Shown in pieces: positions 18,600-27,395 of a stretch of 64,000 bases of DNA. Position 1 is the stretch's first letter. Each line of letters starts with the position of its first letter. The translations under genes were made by a program, and so were the position numbers. The notes under the pieces were generated by a model, which was not told where the DNA came from, did no database searches, and was given only the letters and a program-made list of their open reading frames with translations. This stretch comes from Enterobacteria phage vB_EcoM_IME338: sequence record MH051914. One strand, 5' to 3'.

Positions 18600-18764
18600 C
18601 GTACAATTTCATAGTGTGGTATAGAGTAAGTTTTATTTCCAGATGACATAGCTAAATCTTCTTTAGTAGAGTTATTCAGTATTGCTTTACGAACAATTTC
18701 TTTAAGTTTCATTTTCACTACCTTGTTTGGTTAAGAGGGGCTATCAAGTAACCCCTTCAAGATT

Positions 18765-18992
18765 TTACTCAGAATCCTCAGATTTCTTTTCAGTCTTCTT
18801 CGTTTTCTTTTCAGCTTTCTTCTCAACTTCTGGTTTTGATTCTACAGTAGCTTCAATAGCAATGTCCAGAAGTTTTGAAAGGTCAGATTTAAGAACCGTT
18901 ACAGGTTGTTCATTGTAGTAGTTCTTGTCAAGGTGCTCTTTCAGTTCGTTCAGAGAGCTAAAGCCGAATGGCTGGATAGGTGTCTTAATCAT
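18765..18992 (-). CDS. hypothetical protein with Lys/Glu-rich tail
   Basis: 75-aa ORF. Confidence 0.45.
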   Translation of the reverse strand: MIKTPIQPFGFSSLNELKEHLDKNYYNEQPVTVLKSDLSKLLDIAIEATVESKPEVEKKAEKKTKKTEKKSEDSE

Positions 18993-19068
18993 TACTTAGT
19001 TTCTCCATAAGCATCTTTCAAGATTGCCTTGTTAATCATTTCAGCGATTGCAAAACGAACACATACAG

Positions 19069-19602
19069 CTATAATTGTAGGTTGCATTCTTTACTTACCT
19101 CTTCAAGTTTAACCTCAGAGTCCTTAAGTCGTTTCTTATGAACTCTGAATCTCATTAGTGCGATGATGATACCAACTAAAGGGACAGCATACAAGTACCA
19201 AACATCATATACCTTTGCAGTAATCTGTGTAATGGTTGAGTCTTGAGCTATGGAACTGATTTCTGATACTGCCAGTAATGTTGCTAGGAAAAATGCCAGT
19301 ACCATTACCGTACTTAAACAACCTCTGGCATGGTGTTCATGCTTAATGCACTTATTCTTTTCGTCAACAACCCTGTTGTAGTCATTTGCAAAGTCTCTGT
19401 AGAAAGCTTTCAAGTATTCTTGACTGTAGCCTTCAAAGCAACCTGTACCGTACCAATAATCACCACCAAAATGTGCTATAATACCGGTATCTCCATTTGG
19501 TTTGGTTACTCTCAAAGAAGTGTGATGACGAGTATCTTGATAGTCTATTTTGTATCTTTCTTCGTAAATCATTTTCCAACCCCTCTCAATCGTTTGTTCC
19601 AT
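19069..19602 (-). CDS. hypothetical membrane protein
   Basis: 177 aa with hydrophobic helices in C-terminal half. Confidence 0.5.
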   Translation of the reverse strand: MEQTIERGWKMIYEERYKIDYQDTRHHTSLRVTKPNGDTGIIAHFGGDYWYGTGCFEGYSQEYLKAFYRDFANDYNRVVDEKNKCIKHEHHARGCLSTVMVLAFFLATLLAVSEISSIAQDSTITQITAKVYDVWYLYAVPLVGIIIALMRFRVHKKRLKDSEVKLEEVSKECNLQL

Positions 19603-19802
19603 TCAAGGTCAACAAGTCTTTGCAGGACTTTCCCTCTAGGTGTTACACCTTTTAAATCTGCATCGTAGCAACGGTAAAAGTCGCCTTCAGCGTGTTTACC
19701 ATAGCATTTTCTGATATTCTGACTTCTACGGTATTGTTCTAATAGAGACAGTCTGTAGTAATCTTCAACTGTAGTTAGTTTTTTCATTCTTTCACCACGC
19801 AT
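19569..19802 (-). CDS. hypothetical protein
   Basis: 77-aa ORF. Confidence 0.4.
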   Translation of the reverse strand: MRGERMKKLTTVEDYYRLSLLEQYRRSQNIRKCYGKHAEGDFYRCYDADLKGVTPRGKVLQRLVDLEWNKRLRGVGK

Positions 19803-19870
19803 CTTCTTAAGAAACTAAAAAGGGAACTACCTCTCGATAGCTCCCATCATAGTTAACATTGTATATTTGG

Positions 19871-20452
19871 TCAAGAGTATTTTTTAGGCAGTAATGCACT
19901 ACGTTTGTTACTCTCTTCACTCAACAGTGTGATAAAATCGTCACCTTTGCCTTTCCACGGGCTGAATGAAGGGATATGCTCACGAATGGCTTCAATCACT
20001 GTCTTCAGTGCTGTATTTTTCATCCACCAGTCAGAATCTGCTGATGCTACAACATAGTAGCCACCTTCATCAGTCAGGATTGGCTCTGAGATACATGGTG
20101 AAATCAGAGTGGTGATGATTGAACCATTATTCATGTAGTATGTGCGCTTCATAACCTTTTCAAGAAGCTTGTGAAGGTCACCAAACAGTGTTACAAGCTC
20201 TTTATGGTCAATGTCTTTTTCAAGATTTGCTCGATACTTCAAAAGTGCAGCATCAACTTCTCTGTCATTAAACTTGAAGTACTGGACTTCCTCAACAAGA
20301 CAAACACTGATGTTGTTGACATTCATAGTCAACTTGCAGACTTTTGCAGGAGAATTGATATTTGGTTGAAAAAGTGCAATACACCCTTCGATGTTTCCAA
20401 AATGTTGTACTAATGTCACTTGTGGAGTGATACTCTGTTGCTCTTCGGACAT
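19871..20452 (-). CDS. hypothetical protein
   Basis: 193-aa ORF. Confidence 0.55.
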   Translation of the reverse strand: MSEEQQSITPQVTLVQHFGNIEGCIALFQPNINSPAKVCKLTMNVNNISVCLVEEVQYFKFNDREVDAALLKYRANLEKDIDHKELVTLFGDLHKLLEKVMKRTYYMNNGSIITTLISPCISEPILTDEGGYYVVASADSDWWMKNTALKTVIEAIREHIPSFSPWKGKGDDFITLLSEESNKRSALLPKKYS

Positions 20453-20796
20453 TACAGTTTCCTCATTAAATACTTTTTAAGTTGTGTGTTAGGTTTCTCA
20501 AAAACTTCTATAGAAGATATCTTGACAGATTCACCACGCATACCTGTATGTTTGAATATATAGTATTCTAACATCCCTATATACTTTGCTGGTAAGTCAT
20601 ACTTGACATACACCGTTACAGAATCTTCAAATTCAACAACCTTTGTACCATCTTTGTAGTTAAACTCTTTAGGATGGTTGTAGTTGTCTATGTCGTACAT
20701 TAAAAAGAGTCTTTTACGTTGTAAGTCAAGCTTATTTGTTAAAGACTCTTTGATATCTGAGAAGTTTTTGTACACTGTGACATGGAGCTTACTCAT
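20452..20796 (-). CDS. hypothetical protein
   Basis: 114-aa ORF, start/stop overlap. Confidence 0.5.
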   Translation of the reverse strand: MSKLHVTVYKNFSDIKESLTNKLDLQRKRLFLMYDIDNYNHPKEFNYKDGTKVVEFEDSVTVYVKYDLPAKYIGMLEYYIFKHTGMRGESVKISSIEVFEKPNTQLKKYLMRKL

Positions 20797-21082
20797 CGTT
20801 AAACTCTCTGACGAAGAAATAGTTGACTTTGTTATTACCTACCATAAGGTCAAAGCAGGTATTCTCAAAAGGTTTGTTGTAGGCATCATATGAAGTGTAT
20901 GTATCAGCTACTTGTTTGGTGTTGAGCTTTTTACTTGATGGATTTAAGAGGCCACCATACAGTTTCTTGATAGCCTCTTCTACAACAGACCAGATGATTT
21001 CGTCAGTAATTTCTTCGTACAGGTCAAGTTCACGTTCTAGTGAGAAGTCACAAATAGGGAAAATAACCTGTACTTTACTCAT
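20789..21082 (-). CDS. hypothetical protein
   Basis: 97-aa ORF. Confidence 0.5.
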   Translation of the reverse strand: MSKVQVIFPICDFSLERELDLYEEITDEIIWSVVEEAIKKLYGGLLNPSSKKLNTKQVADTYTSYDAYNKPFENTCFDLMVGNNKVNYFFVREFNDE

Positions 21083-21492
21083 TAACGAATAACCTGTGTG
21101 ACTTGAATTGCTTCAGTTACGGACAAATCACCTACTTTCTCTTCTTTGATAAAAGTGAAGGTGAGTTCAACAGGTTCTTCTTCTTCTTGCTCAACTGGAA
21201 CACCATTAAGCTCATCAAAGATTGATTGAGTTGTCCAGTCTTCTCCACCATCTGGATAATGGATGGCGTAAAGAGGAAACTCCATATCATACCAGCCAAA
21301 TACAGGACAACCATCTTCATCATCATAGCGGTGATGCAGAACATTACCACTGTTTACAAAATGAAGACGCAGCTCACCATTATGCTGGTAAATAACTGCA
21401 CTTGCTTCTTGCTCATCCGTATTGCCATGAGCAGAAACGTCAACAATTACTGGAATCTCTTTATTCATAATAACCTCTCTCAGCTTTCTCAA
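21082..21492 (-). CDS. hypothetical acidic protein
   Basis: 136-aa ORF. Confidence 0.5.
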   Translation of the reverse strand: MRKLREVIMNKEIPVIVDVSAHGNTDEQEASAVIYQHNGELRLHFVNSGNVLHHRYDDEDGCPVFGWYDMEFPLYAIHYPDGGEDWTTQSIFDELNGVPVEQEEEEPVELTFTFIKEEKVGDLSVTEAIQVTQVIR

Positions 21493-21859
21493 TTTTTGCT
21501 CTTAAAGTTTCGCAATGCTGTAGATGGTAGTTAGCTTCTTGTTCATGTGTTGCTAACTTCCTTTCCAGAACAGATTTATAGTAACCTGCAAGTTGCTCTT
21601 TTGTCAATGGGTGCTCTGAAATAATATCAAGTCCACTTTCACCAAGAGGATTGAATTGTCCATGTTCGTTGACATTGTAAGTCTCAAACTTGAACAGACC
21701 ATTGTTCACAGACTCAATAGGTGACAGTTCAACAGGCTCTACAGTAAACCGTGTATATACCTTGTCACCTCTTGAAACCACATTGTTCCCGACAATGCGT
21801 ACAAGCGAGCCATTACGAGTGTACTTAAAAGTACCAAAGTCACTAGCCAAAAGTTTCAT
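21461..21859 (-). CDS. hypothetical protein
   Basis: 132-aa ORF. Confidence 0.5.
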   Translation of the reverse strand: MKLLASDFGTFKYTRNGSLVRIVGNNVVSRGDKVYTRFTVEPVELSPIESVNNGLFKFETYNVNEHGQFNPLGESGLDIISEHPLTKEQLAGYYKSVLERKLATHEQEANYHLQHCETLRAKIEKAERGYYE

Positions 21860-21876
21860 AGTTTTCTCCTTATAAA

Positions 21877-21900
21877 ATAAAAAAGGCTCCCGAAGGAGCC
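21877..21900 (-). terminator. rho-independent terminator (minus strand)
   Basis: GGCTCC-CGAA-GGAGCC hairpin with T-run on minus strand, downstream of endolysin. Confidence 0.6.
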
Positions 21901-21910
21901 TATGAAGATA

Positions 21911-22375
21911 TTACTTTGGATATAGATTGTCAAGATAAATATCAGCTTCCATCCTACGTCTGTTTTTCAGGCCGTTTGAAGTGACCTTCTTACCTTTGAC
22001 AGTAATCTTATCCCACCACTGCATAGCTTCTGCACAACCTACCTTATTACCAGCATTGTGGCGCTTGATAAATGTGGAATCCTGCATAGCCGTGATACCA
22101 ATGTTGTATGTTTCACTTACAAGTGCATCGAACTCATTCTGAGAAGTTGGAACCTTGATAGCTTTGTTCACTGCTGCAACGAACTTCTCAACATCTGCGA
22201 GAAGATACTGTTCAGCTTGTTCAGCAGTAATTTTCATACCCATCTTAACAGGTTTTCCGTCAATACGGATTGTCCCATACCCGATTGTTGGGATTCCGGC
22301 AGAGTCTTCGTAAGCCTCTAACTTCAGACCTTCAAAGAACTTGATAGCTTCTAAACCTTTTCTTGATAGTTGCAT
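21911..22375 (-). CDS. endolysin, T4-lysozyme-like (GH24 muramidase)
   Basis: LEAIKFFEGLKLEAYEDSAGIPTIGYGT matches the T4 lysozyme catalytic Glu/Asp/Thr block. Confidence 0.8.
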   Translation of the reverse strand: MQLSRKGLEAIKFFEGLKLEAYEDSAGIPTIGYGTIRIDGKPVKMGMKITAEQAEQYLLADVEKFVAAVNKAIKVPTSQNEFDALVSETYNIGITAMQDSTFIKRHNAGNKVGCAEAMQWWDKITVKGKKVTSNGLKNRRRMEADIYLDNLYPK

Positions 22376-23007
22376 TATACCTCCGCTACTGTGATAAATG
22401 TAACTGTTGCCGCATTAGATGTTACAGAGCCACCTGCACCAGTCACTACACAAGTGTAGATTCCTTCATCAGCAGCAGTTGCACCTTCTTTGGTGTAAGT
22501 TGCAGAAGTGGCACTGGGGATGTCCTCACCATCCTTCTTCCACTGGTAACCTGTTGCACCTGTTGCCACAACATTAAGCGTTAAGGTATCACCTTCAGTG
22601 ATTTCTTGATTGGTTGGCTGTTGAGTGATTGATGGTGGCTTGATAGCACCCTTCAGCTTAGCATTCAGCATTGAGAAGGGCTTAACTCTTGCCAACCATT
22701 CACAATACACTGTGTCAACGTCTTTACCATTGATGATTGCATACTGTAAATCCATGAAGAAATCAGCAGTTCTCATCTGTGCACCAACACTGTAAAGGAG
22801 TTCATCACTAAAAGGAACTTTGTAGTCTGGTTTGTAGTCAAACTTCGCAACCTCTGCAATATCAGCTTCAGGCCAATATGAGCTATAGGTGAGCGGTAAA
22901 ATAGCTTCTTGATATGTTCTAAAACCATATCTCTTACCAGCCTTTACATTTGCAACGAAACCTTTTACAAATTCTTTGAAGTCTGGGTAAGTCTTTGCTT
23001 TAATCAT
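22375..23007 (-). CDS. hypothetical protein with C-terminal Ig-like domain
   Basis: C-terminus YQWKKDG...DEGIYTCVV is I-set-like; N-terminal 120 aa paralogous to next gene. Confidence 0.55.
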   Translation of the reverse strand: MIKAKTYPDFKEFVKGFVANVKAGKRYGFRTYQEAILPLTYSSYWPEADIAEVAKFDYKPDYKVPFSDELLYSVGAQMRTADFFMDLQYAIINGKDVDTVYCEWLARVKPFSMLNAKLKGAIKPPSITQQPTNQEITEGDTLTLNVVATGATGYQWKKDGEDIPSATSATYTKEGATAADEGIYTCVVTGAGGSVTSNAATVTFITVAEV

Positions 23008-23375
23008 TTCTTTTTAGCCTCTAAATGTGCGTTTAGTCTAAAATAACCTTTGTGATGCGGAGATACATCACCAACAACAATACCTTTAACCTTATAACCT
23101 TTACCAATTACATACTGGATATCCATAAGGAATCTTCCAAGACCAACAATATGGAACATGGGATATAATAGATTCTCAGAGTCTGGAATATTGATTTCAG
23201 GTTTGTAGGTGCATTGTTCACTTGTTGGTGTGATATCTTCTTCAGGCCATTTACTGAGTCTCCATGTCAAAGGTGTTGGGATAACATCATTAAGGTTGTA
23301 CCTTTCACCATTTTGCACGGAATTGATATAGGATTGTAGGAAGCAATAAAAGTCTTTTGCACTCTTAGCTTTCAT
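23004..23375 (-). CDS. hypothetical protein, paralog of N-terminal domain of 22375-23007
   Basis: shared blocks e.g. FLMDIQYVI vs FFMDLQYAI. Confidence 0.5.
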   Translation of the reverse strand: MKAKSAKDFYCFLQSYINSVQNGERYNLNDVIPTPLTWRLSKWPEEDITPTSEQCTYKPEINIPDSENLLYPMFHIVGLGRFLMDIQYVIGKGYKVKGIVVGDVSPHHKGYFRLNAHLEAKKK

Positions 23376-23422
23376 TAAATATCCTTATAAATAGTTAAAG
23401 GGGCATCAGCCCCTATTCACAC

Positions 23423-24013
23423 TTAAGTTTTGGTCTTAAGTAGGTTCTTAAGTTTTTTAAGATTCATACTCTCATCAAACTTAAAACCAAATCCATTGAC
23501 ATAATCAATGAACTCGGATTTCTTACTAAGTGACAATGCGTAACTCATATCAAAGTTCTTACTTGTTTCTGCGTCTGGACTAGAGTTCACATCAAATGAA
23601 ATTTCTGTAGATTCTTGCTTACTTTTTCTCATATTATCAACCAACAAACATGTATAGTTTGCTGGATAGAAGTTAACACTACCATCAACATAGCTATACT
23701 TATTATTGTGAATAAGATTGGAAAATACATTAAAGAATGTTTCTGAGTCGTGGCACACAAGTTTGAATTGGCTGCTCTCTCCAAGCGCAACTAATGAGTA
23801 TGGACTTTCACTATCAAAGTCATAATTTGTATTCGATGCCGTCACTGTTACACGCATCAAGTTATTAGCAATAGTCTTCTGTTTAAAAGAATTTGGGATA
23901 TAGTGAAGACCTCTATCACACTGATTGACTAGCTCTTTAAGTAGGTCATTTGCATATGGTGAATTAATTGATACAGAACCATCACTATTGTAATTAAAAC
24001 TTACTGTTAACAT
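23423..24013 (-). CDS. hypothetical protein
   Basis: 196-aa ORF. Confidence 0.5.
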   Translation of the reverse strand: MLTVSFNYNSDGSVSINSPYANDLLKELVNQCDRGLHYIPNSFKQKTIANNLMRVTVTASNTNYDFDSESPYSLVALGESSQFKLVCHDSETFFNVFSNLIHNNKYSYVDGSVNFYPANYTCLLVDNMRKSKQESTEISFDVNSSPDAETSKNFDMSYALSLSKKSEFIDYVNGFGFKFDESMNLKKLKNLLKTKT

Positions 24014-24240
24014 TTTTCAGTTCTCCTGCGATTTATAATTTTGCTGCAATAGAGAAACGAAGTAAACTCACTGGAAGAAACCATTAAGTGTTGTTCACTA
24101 GATTGAGCCATTGCCCTGAAATACATTCCAGTCAAAGCATCATAGTGACTATTCTTTCCAATTGAGGTTATATAGCCATGACTCTTTGCAGTTTGATATA
24201 AATCTATAATATCTGCGATTTCTAATTGGGAACTACACAT
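24007..24240 (-). CDS. hypothetical protein
   Basis: 77-aa ORF. Confidence 0.4.
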   Translation of the reverse strand: MCSSQLEIADIIDLYQTAKSHGYITSIGKNSHYDALTGMYFRAMAQSSEQHLMVSSSEFTSFLYCSKIINRRRTEKC

Positions 24241-24404
24241 AGATAATCCTCTTGTCTTCTGTAATTTTGAAAGAACAGGTACAGACCAATTTCAGAGGAT
24301 GAATAGTAGAGCAACTCTACCCTTTTTGATTCCTTACAGTGATTGGTATTTTTACCTTTCTTCGGGTTGTTTGATTTTCTCATTAAGTCTCCTTTGTAGA
24401 ACAA
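24222..24404 (-). CDS. hypothetical basic protein
   Basis: 60-aa ORF. Confidence 0.35.
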   Translation of the reverse strand: MFYKGDLMRKSNNPKKGKNTNHCKESKRVELLYYSSSEIGLYLFFQNYRRQEDYLCVVPN

Positions 24405-24632
24405 GGCAGACCTACAGCTTCAAGTAAGATGGTACAGTAATCCATACAACAAGTCAAGAACTATTGCAAGTTAAAAAAGTTGTTGACAAAGTACTTGACA
24501 AGGTGTAGGCTTATAAATACTTAGAAGATAACTTAAAAGGTTCCTCTAAAAAGGCTATTTAAACAGATATCTTTCTGGATATCTATCTTTTATCTTAAAA
24601 GCCTTTTAAGAGGTCTTATAAGAGGCATACCA

Positions 24633-25004
24633 ATGAAAAACAGAACAAACAAAGGCCAGTTTAAAAAAGGCCAGTCTGGAAACCCATCTGGAAGACCAAA
24701 AGGCTCTCGTAACAAAAGCTCACTCGTAAAAGCTCAACTGACCATTGATAATTCTGCTGAGTTCGCTGCAAAGCTGTTTGAGGCGATTGTTACAAGGGAC
24801 GCGGCTAAGCTTGCAGAGTTCGGTTTGACGACTGACGATGTAAACCTGAAGTCAATGATGGAAGCTGGTAAAACTATCATGACCCACTCAGCAGGTGAGA
24901 TGAAAGCAATTGCAGCAGACACTAAGAAGACTCCTGATAATGGTGGTCAACAACAGACAGATAACAAACCAACGTTCTCTGCTGTAGCGACTCTCAAAAA
25001 ATAA
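24633..25004 (+). CDS. hypothetical protein with basic N-terminal GNPSGRPKG motif
   Basis: 123-aa ORF, AAGAGG RBS. Confidence 0.5.
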   Translation: MKNRTNKGQFKKGQSGNPSGRPKGSRNKSSLVKAQLTIDNSAEFAAKLFEAIVTRDAAKLAEFGLTTDDVNLKSMMEAGKTIMTHSAGEMKAIAADTKKTPDNGGQQQTDNKPTFSAVATLKK

Positions 25005-25015
25005 TTTTAAAAGGT

Positions 25016-25045
25016 GTTGACAGACTCTACAAAGTTGCTCTAAAG
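25016..25045 (+). promoter_or_regulatory. sigma70-like promoter upstream of Ro60-like gene
   Basis: TTGACA-N18-TAAAGT. Confidence 0.5.
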
Positions 25046-25085
25046 TCTGTCACATCAAACAACAAATGAGAGAAGAGAGTAAAAT

Positions 25086-26501
25086 ATGAGCGAGTTATTT
25101 AAACATGCGCACCTTCATGCAGGTCGAACTGAAAATGGTGCTGTAAACCATACTTCATCAATGTCTGCTCTGGTAGACTTCTACAAAGCCGCTGGCTCAA
25201 GCCGTAGCAATGTAGAAATCTTACCAGACCTGTTCTACAAAGCTTTGCGTGAGGATGTTGATGTTGCAGTTCGTATTTTACTGCATATGCGAGATGTAAG
25301 AGAAGGTATGGGTGAGCGTAAAGCTTTCCGAACTGTTTTACTTCAAGCGATTGAAGATAAGGTTTTAGAGCCTACACAGGTTCTTCGCATTATGGATAAG
25401 ATTGCAGAACTTGGTCGTTTTGATGACTTCAAAATCTTCGTAGGTACTCGTTTTGAGACAGATGCCTTCAAACATTTAGAATCAGCATTACTAGACCCTG
25501 CAACAGCAGGTTTAGCAGCTAAGTGGTTGCCACGAGTAAAACCACGCCACAAACAGTTTGTAAAACGTTTCTGCAAGTTTGCAAACTTAAGTGAGAAGGA
25601 GTATCGCACACTGTTGTCTGCACTATCTGATACGGTTGAGCAAAAAATCTCTGCTAATAAGTTTGGTAAGATTGACTACAGCAAGATTCCTTCACTCGCT
25701 GCTGCACGTTACCAAAAGCTCTTTAACCGTAAAGATGGGGAACGTTACAAAGCTTACATCGAGTCCCTCTCAAAAGGTGAGGCTAAGATTAACGCTGGTG
25801 CTGTTTACCCATACGATGTGATTAAATCTATCAAGTATGGTAATGCAGATGTTGCTAATGAGCAGTGGAAAGCACTACCAAACTGGATGGCAGAGGGTGA
25901 AAACATCTTGTGTATGACTGATGTTTCAAGCTCAATGTCTTGGGTGAATCTTGGTTCAATCACTGCCCTTGATATTGGTGTATCACTTGCCTTGTATGTA
26001 GCAGAACGCAATACAGGTTGCTTTAAAGATGAGTTAATGGTCTATTCAACAAACCCTCATTTCATTGAACTGAGTGGTGATTTACGAAACCGTCATCGTC
26101 AGGTAATGCGTCATGTTGAATATGGTTCAACTAACTTACAAGCAGCTTTTGACCGTATTCTTGAGGTAGGTAAGAGAAACAACTTGACTCAGAAAGATAT
26201 GCCAAGTAAGCTTATCATCTTCTCCGATATGGAGTTCAATCAGGTTGATGGAGCAAATGGTCGTACAAACTTTGAAGCAATTCAGAGTAAGTACAAAAAA
26301 GCTGGATACGAAATGCCACAACTAGTATTCTGGTACTTAGCAAACCGTAATGGGACTTGCGAAGTATCTGTTAAGGATAATGGTGTAGCAATGGTATCAG
26401 GGTTCTCTCCAGCCACTTTAAAAGCTCTGCTTGGTGGTGAGAAGTTTGACCCAATCAGCGTAATGCTCAAAGCAGTAATGATTGACCGTTACATCTGGTA
26501 A
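25086..26501 (+). CDS. rsr: Ro60/Rsr-like protein (C-terminal vWA with MIDAS; TROVE-like N-terminus)
   Basis: MIDAS DVSSSMS...T...D; C-terminal blocks IIFSDMEF and NRNGTCEVSVKDNGVAMVSGFSPATLKAL align with recalled human Ro60 vWA region; helical N-terminal region. Confidence 0.65.
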   Translation: MSELFKHAHLHAGRTENGAVNHTSSMSALVDFYKAAGSSRSNVEILPDLFYKALREDVDVAVRILLHMRDVREGMGERKAFRTVLLQAIEDKVLEPTQVLRIMDKIAELGRFDDFKIFVGTRFETDAFKHLESALLDPATAGLAAKWLPRVKPRHKQFVKRFCKFANLSEKEYRTLLSALSDTVEQKISANKFGKIDYSKIPSLAAARYQKLFNRKDGERYKAYIESLSKGEAKINAGAVYPYDVIKSIKYGNADVANEQWKALPNWMAEGENILCMTDVSSSMSWVNLGSITALDIGVSLALYVAERNTGCFKDELMVYSTNPHFIELSGDLRNRHRQVMRHVEYGSTNLQAAFDRILEVGKRNNLTQKDMPSKLIIFSDMEFNQVDGANGRTNFEAIQSKYKKAGYEMPQLVFWYLANRNGTCEVSVKDNGVAMVSGFSPATLKALLGGEKFDPISVMLKAVMIDRYIW

Positions 26502-26519
26502 AAAGTTTTAAAAAGGGTA

Positions 26520-26548
26520 TTGACAACGTGTTTGATACCCTTTAATAT
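26520..26548 (+). promoter_or_regulatory. sigma70-like promoter (tRNA/ncRNA array), overlapped by palindrome GGGTAT...ATACCC
   Basis: TTGACA-N17-TAATAT. Confidence 0.6.
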
Positions 26549-26610
26549 GTTCTACATAGAAACGAAATGAGAACTTTTCTAAGATACTGAAAAATATTTT
26601 AAAAAAGTTC

Positions 26611-26640
26611 TTGACAACCACTAAAAAATAATGTTAAAGT
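26611..26640 (+). promoter_or_regulatory. second sigma70-like promoter for tRNA array
   Basis: TTGACA-N17/18-TAAAGT. Confidence 0.55.
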
Positions 26641-26666
26641 GGTTACATAGAGTTTGAAAAGTTTAT

Positions 26667-26743
26667 CTCTGTTTAGCTCAGCTTGGTAGAGCGTTCCGTT
26701 TGGGGCGGTAAGGCCGGAGGTTCAAGTCCTCCAACAGAGACCA
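26667..26743 (+). tRNA. tRNA-Pro (anticodon TGG)
   Basis: manual cloverleaf: acceptor CTCTGTT/AACAGAG, anticodon loop TTTGGGG, T-arm GGAGG-TTCAAGT-CCTCC, CCA encoded. Confidence 0.75.
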
Positions 26744-26750
26744 AATTAAT

Positions 26751-26828
26751 GTTCCAGTAGACAAAATGGTATAGTCACCACTCTTTCAAAGTGGATATTT
26801 GAGGGTTCAAATCCCTTCTGGAACGCCA
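26751..26828 (+). tRNA. tRNA-Glu (anticodon TTC)
   Basis: acceptor GTTCCAG/CTGGAAC, anticodon arm CCACT-CTTTCAA-AGTGG, CCA encoded. Confidence 0.75.
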
Positions 26829-26835
26829 GTTTTGA

Positions 26836-26908
26836 CAGAAGACCAATTACAGCAAACTTAATCTTATTCATCTGACACGAAATCGGACAAAGAAGAGATT
26901 TGGTCTGG
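26836..26908 (+). ncRNA. Y-RNA-like structured element E1
   Basis: 5' CAGAAGACCAATTACAGCAA ... 3' TTGGTCTGG; terminal helix AGACCAA/TTGGTCT. Confidence 0.4.
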
Positions 26909-26919
26909 TCATTAAGAAT

Positions 26920-26996
26920 TGCGGGTATAGAGAAAGGGCGTCTCACATGTCTCATTAGCATGGTATCGGCAGGTTCGACTCCTGCACCCGCCTCCA
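26920..26996 (+). tRNA. tRNA-Met-like (anticodon CAT), atypical acceptor/D junction
   Basis: D-arm GAGA/TCTC, anticodon arm CATGT-CTCATTA-GCATG, T-arm GCAGG-TTCGACT-CCTGC; acceptor pairs only with a 3-nt connector or 1-72 mismatch. Confidence 0.5.
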
Positions 26997-27002
26997 ATTT
27001 TG

Positions 27003-27062
27003 CAGAAGACCGTATGCAGCAATAAACTACTTTTTGCGGATAAAAGAAAAAACACGGTCTGG
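27003..27062 (+). ncRNA. Y-RNA-like structured element E2
   Basis: 5' CAGAAGACCGTATGCAGCAA ... 3' ACGGTCTGG; helix AGACCGT/ACGGTCT (compensatory vs E1). Confidence 0.4.
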
Positions 27063-27073
27063 CAACCTATTAA

Positions 27074-27147
27074 GGTTAGGAAGCACATGAGGTATGTGCG
27101 GTCGCCTGTTAAGCGAATGGCACAGGGTTCGAATCCCTGACTAACCG
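27074..27147 (+). tRNA. tRNA-Asn (anticodon GTT)
   Basis: D-arm GCAC/GTGC, anticodon loop CTGTTAA, T-arm CAGGG-TTCGAAT-CCCTG. Confidence 0.75.
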
Positions 27148-27159
27148 CAAAATTTAAAT

Positions 27160-27247
27160 GTGTCGTTATCCCGTAGATGGTAGCGGTGGGGACTGTAAAT
27201 CCCTTGTCATTGAGACTCGGTAGGTTCGACTCCTACACGGCACACCA
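27160..27247 (+). tRNA. tRNA-Tyr (anticodon GTA), class II
   Basis: acceptor GTGTCGT/ACGGCAC, anticodon arm GGGGA-CTGTAAA-TCCCT, long variable arm, T-arm GTAGG-TTCGACT-CCTAC, CCA. Confidence 0.75.
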
Positions 27248-27308
27248 ATTTTGAGAGGGCTATTTAGCCCCTCCCTTAAAGGGTTCTTACGAGTATTCTT
27301 TAAAGGAG

Positions 27309-27382
27309 CAGAAGACCAAATACAGCAAGTTATTTAAAATTTCAAGCCAATTTAATTTTGAAAAATTTAAAACTTGGTCTGG
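27309..27382 (+). ncRNA. Y-RNA-like structured element E3
   Basis: 5' CAGAAGACCAAATACAGCAA ... 3' TTGGTCTGG. Confidence 0.4.
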
Positions 27383-27395
27383 CTCAACAAATTTA

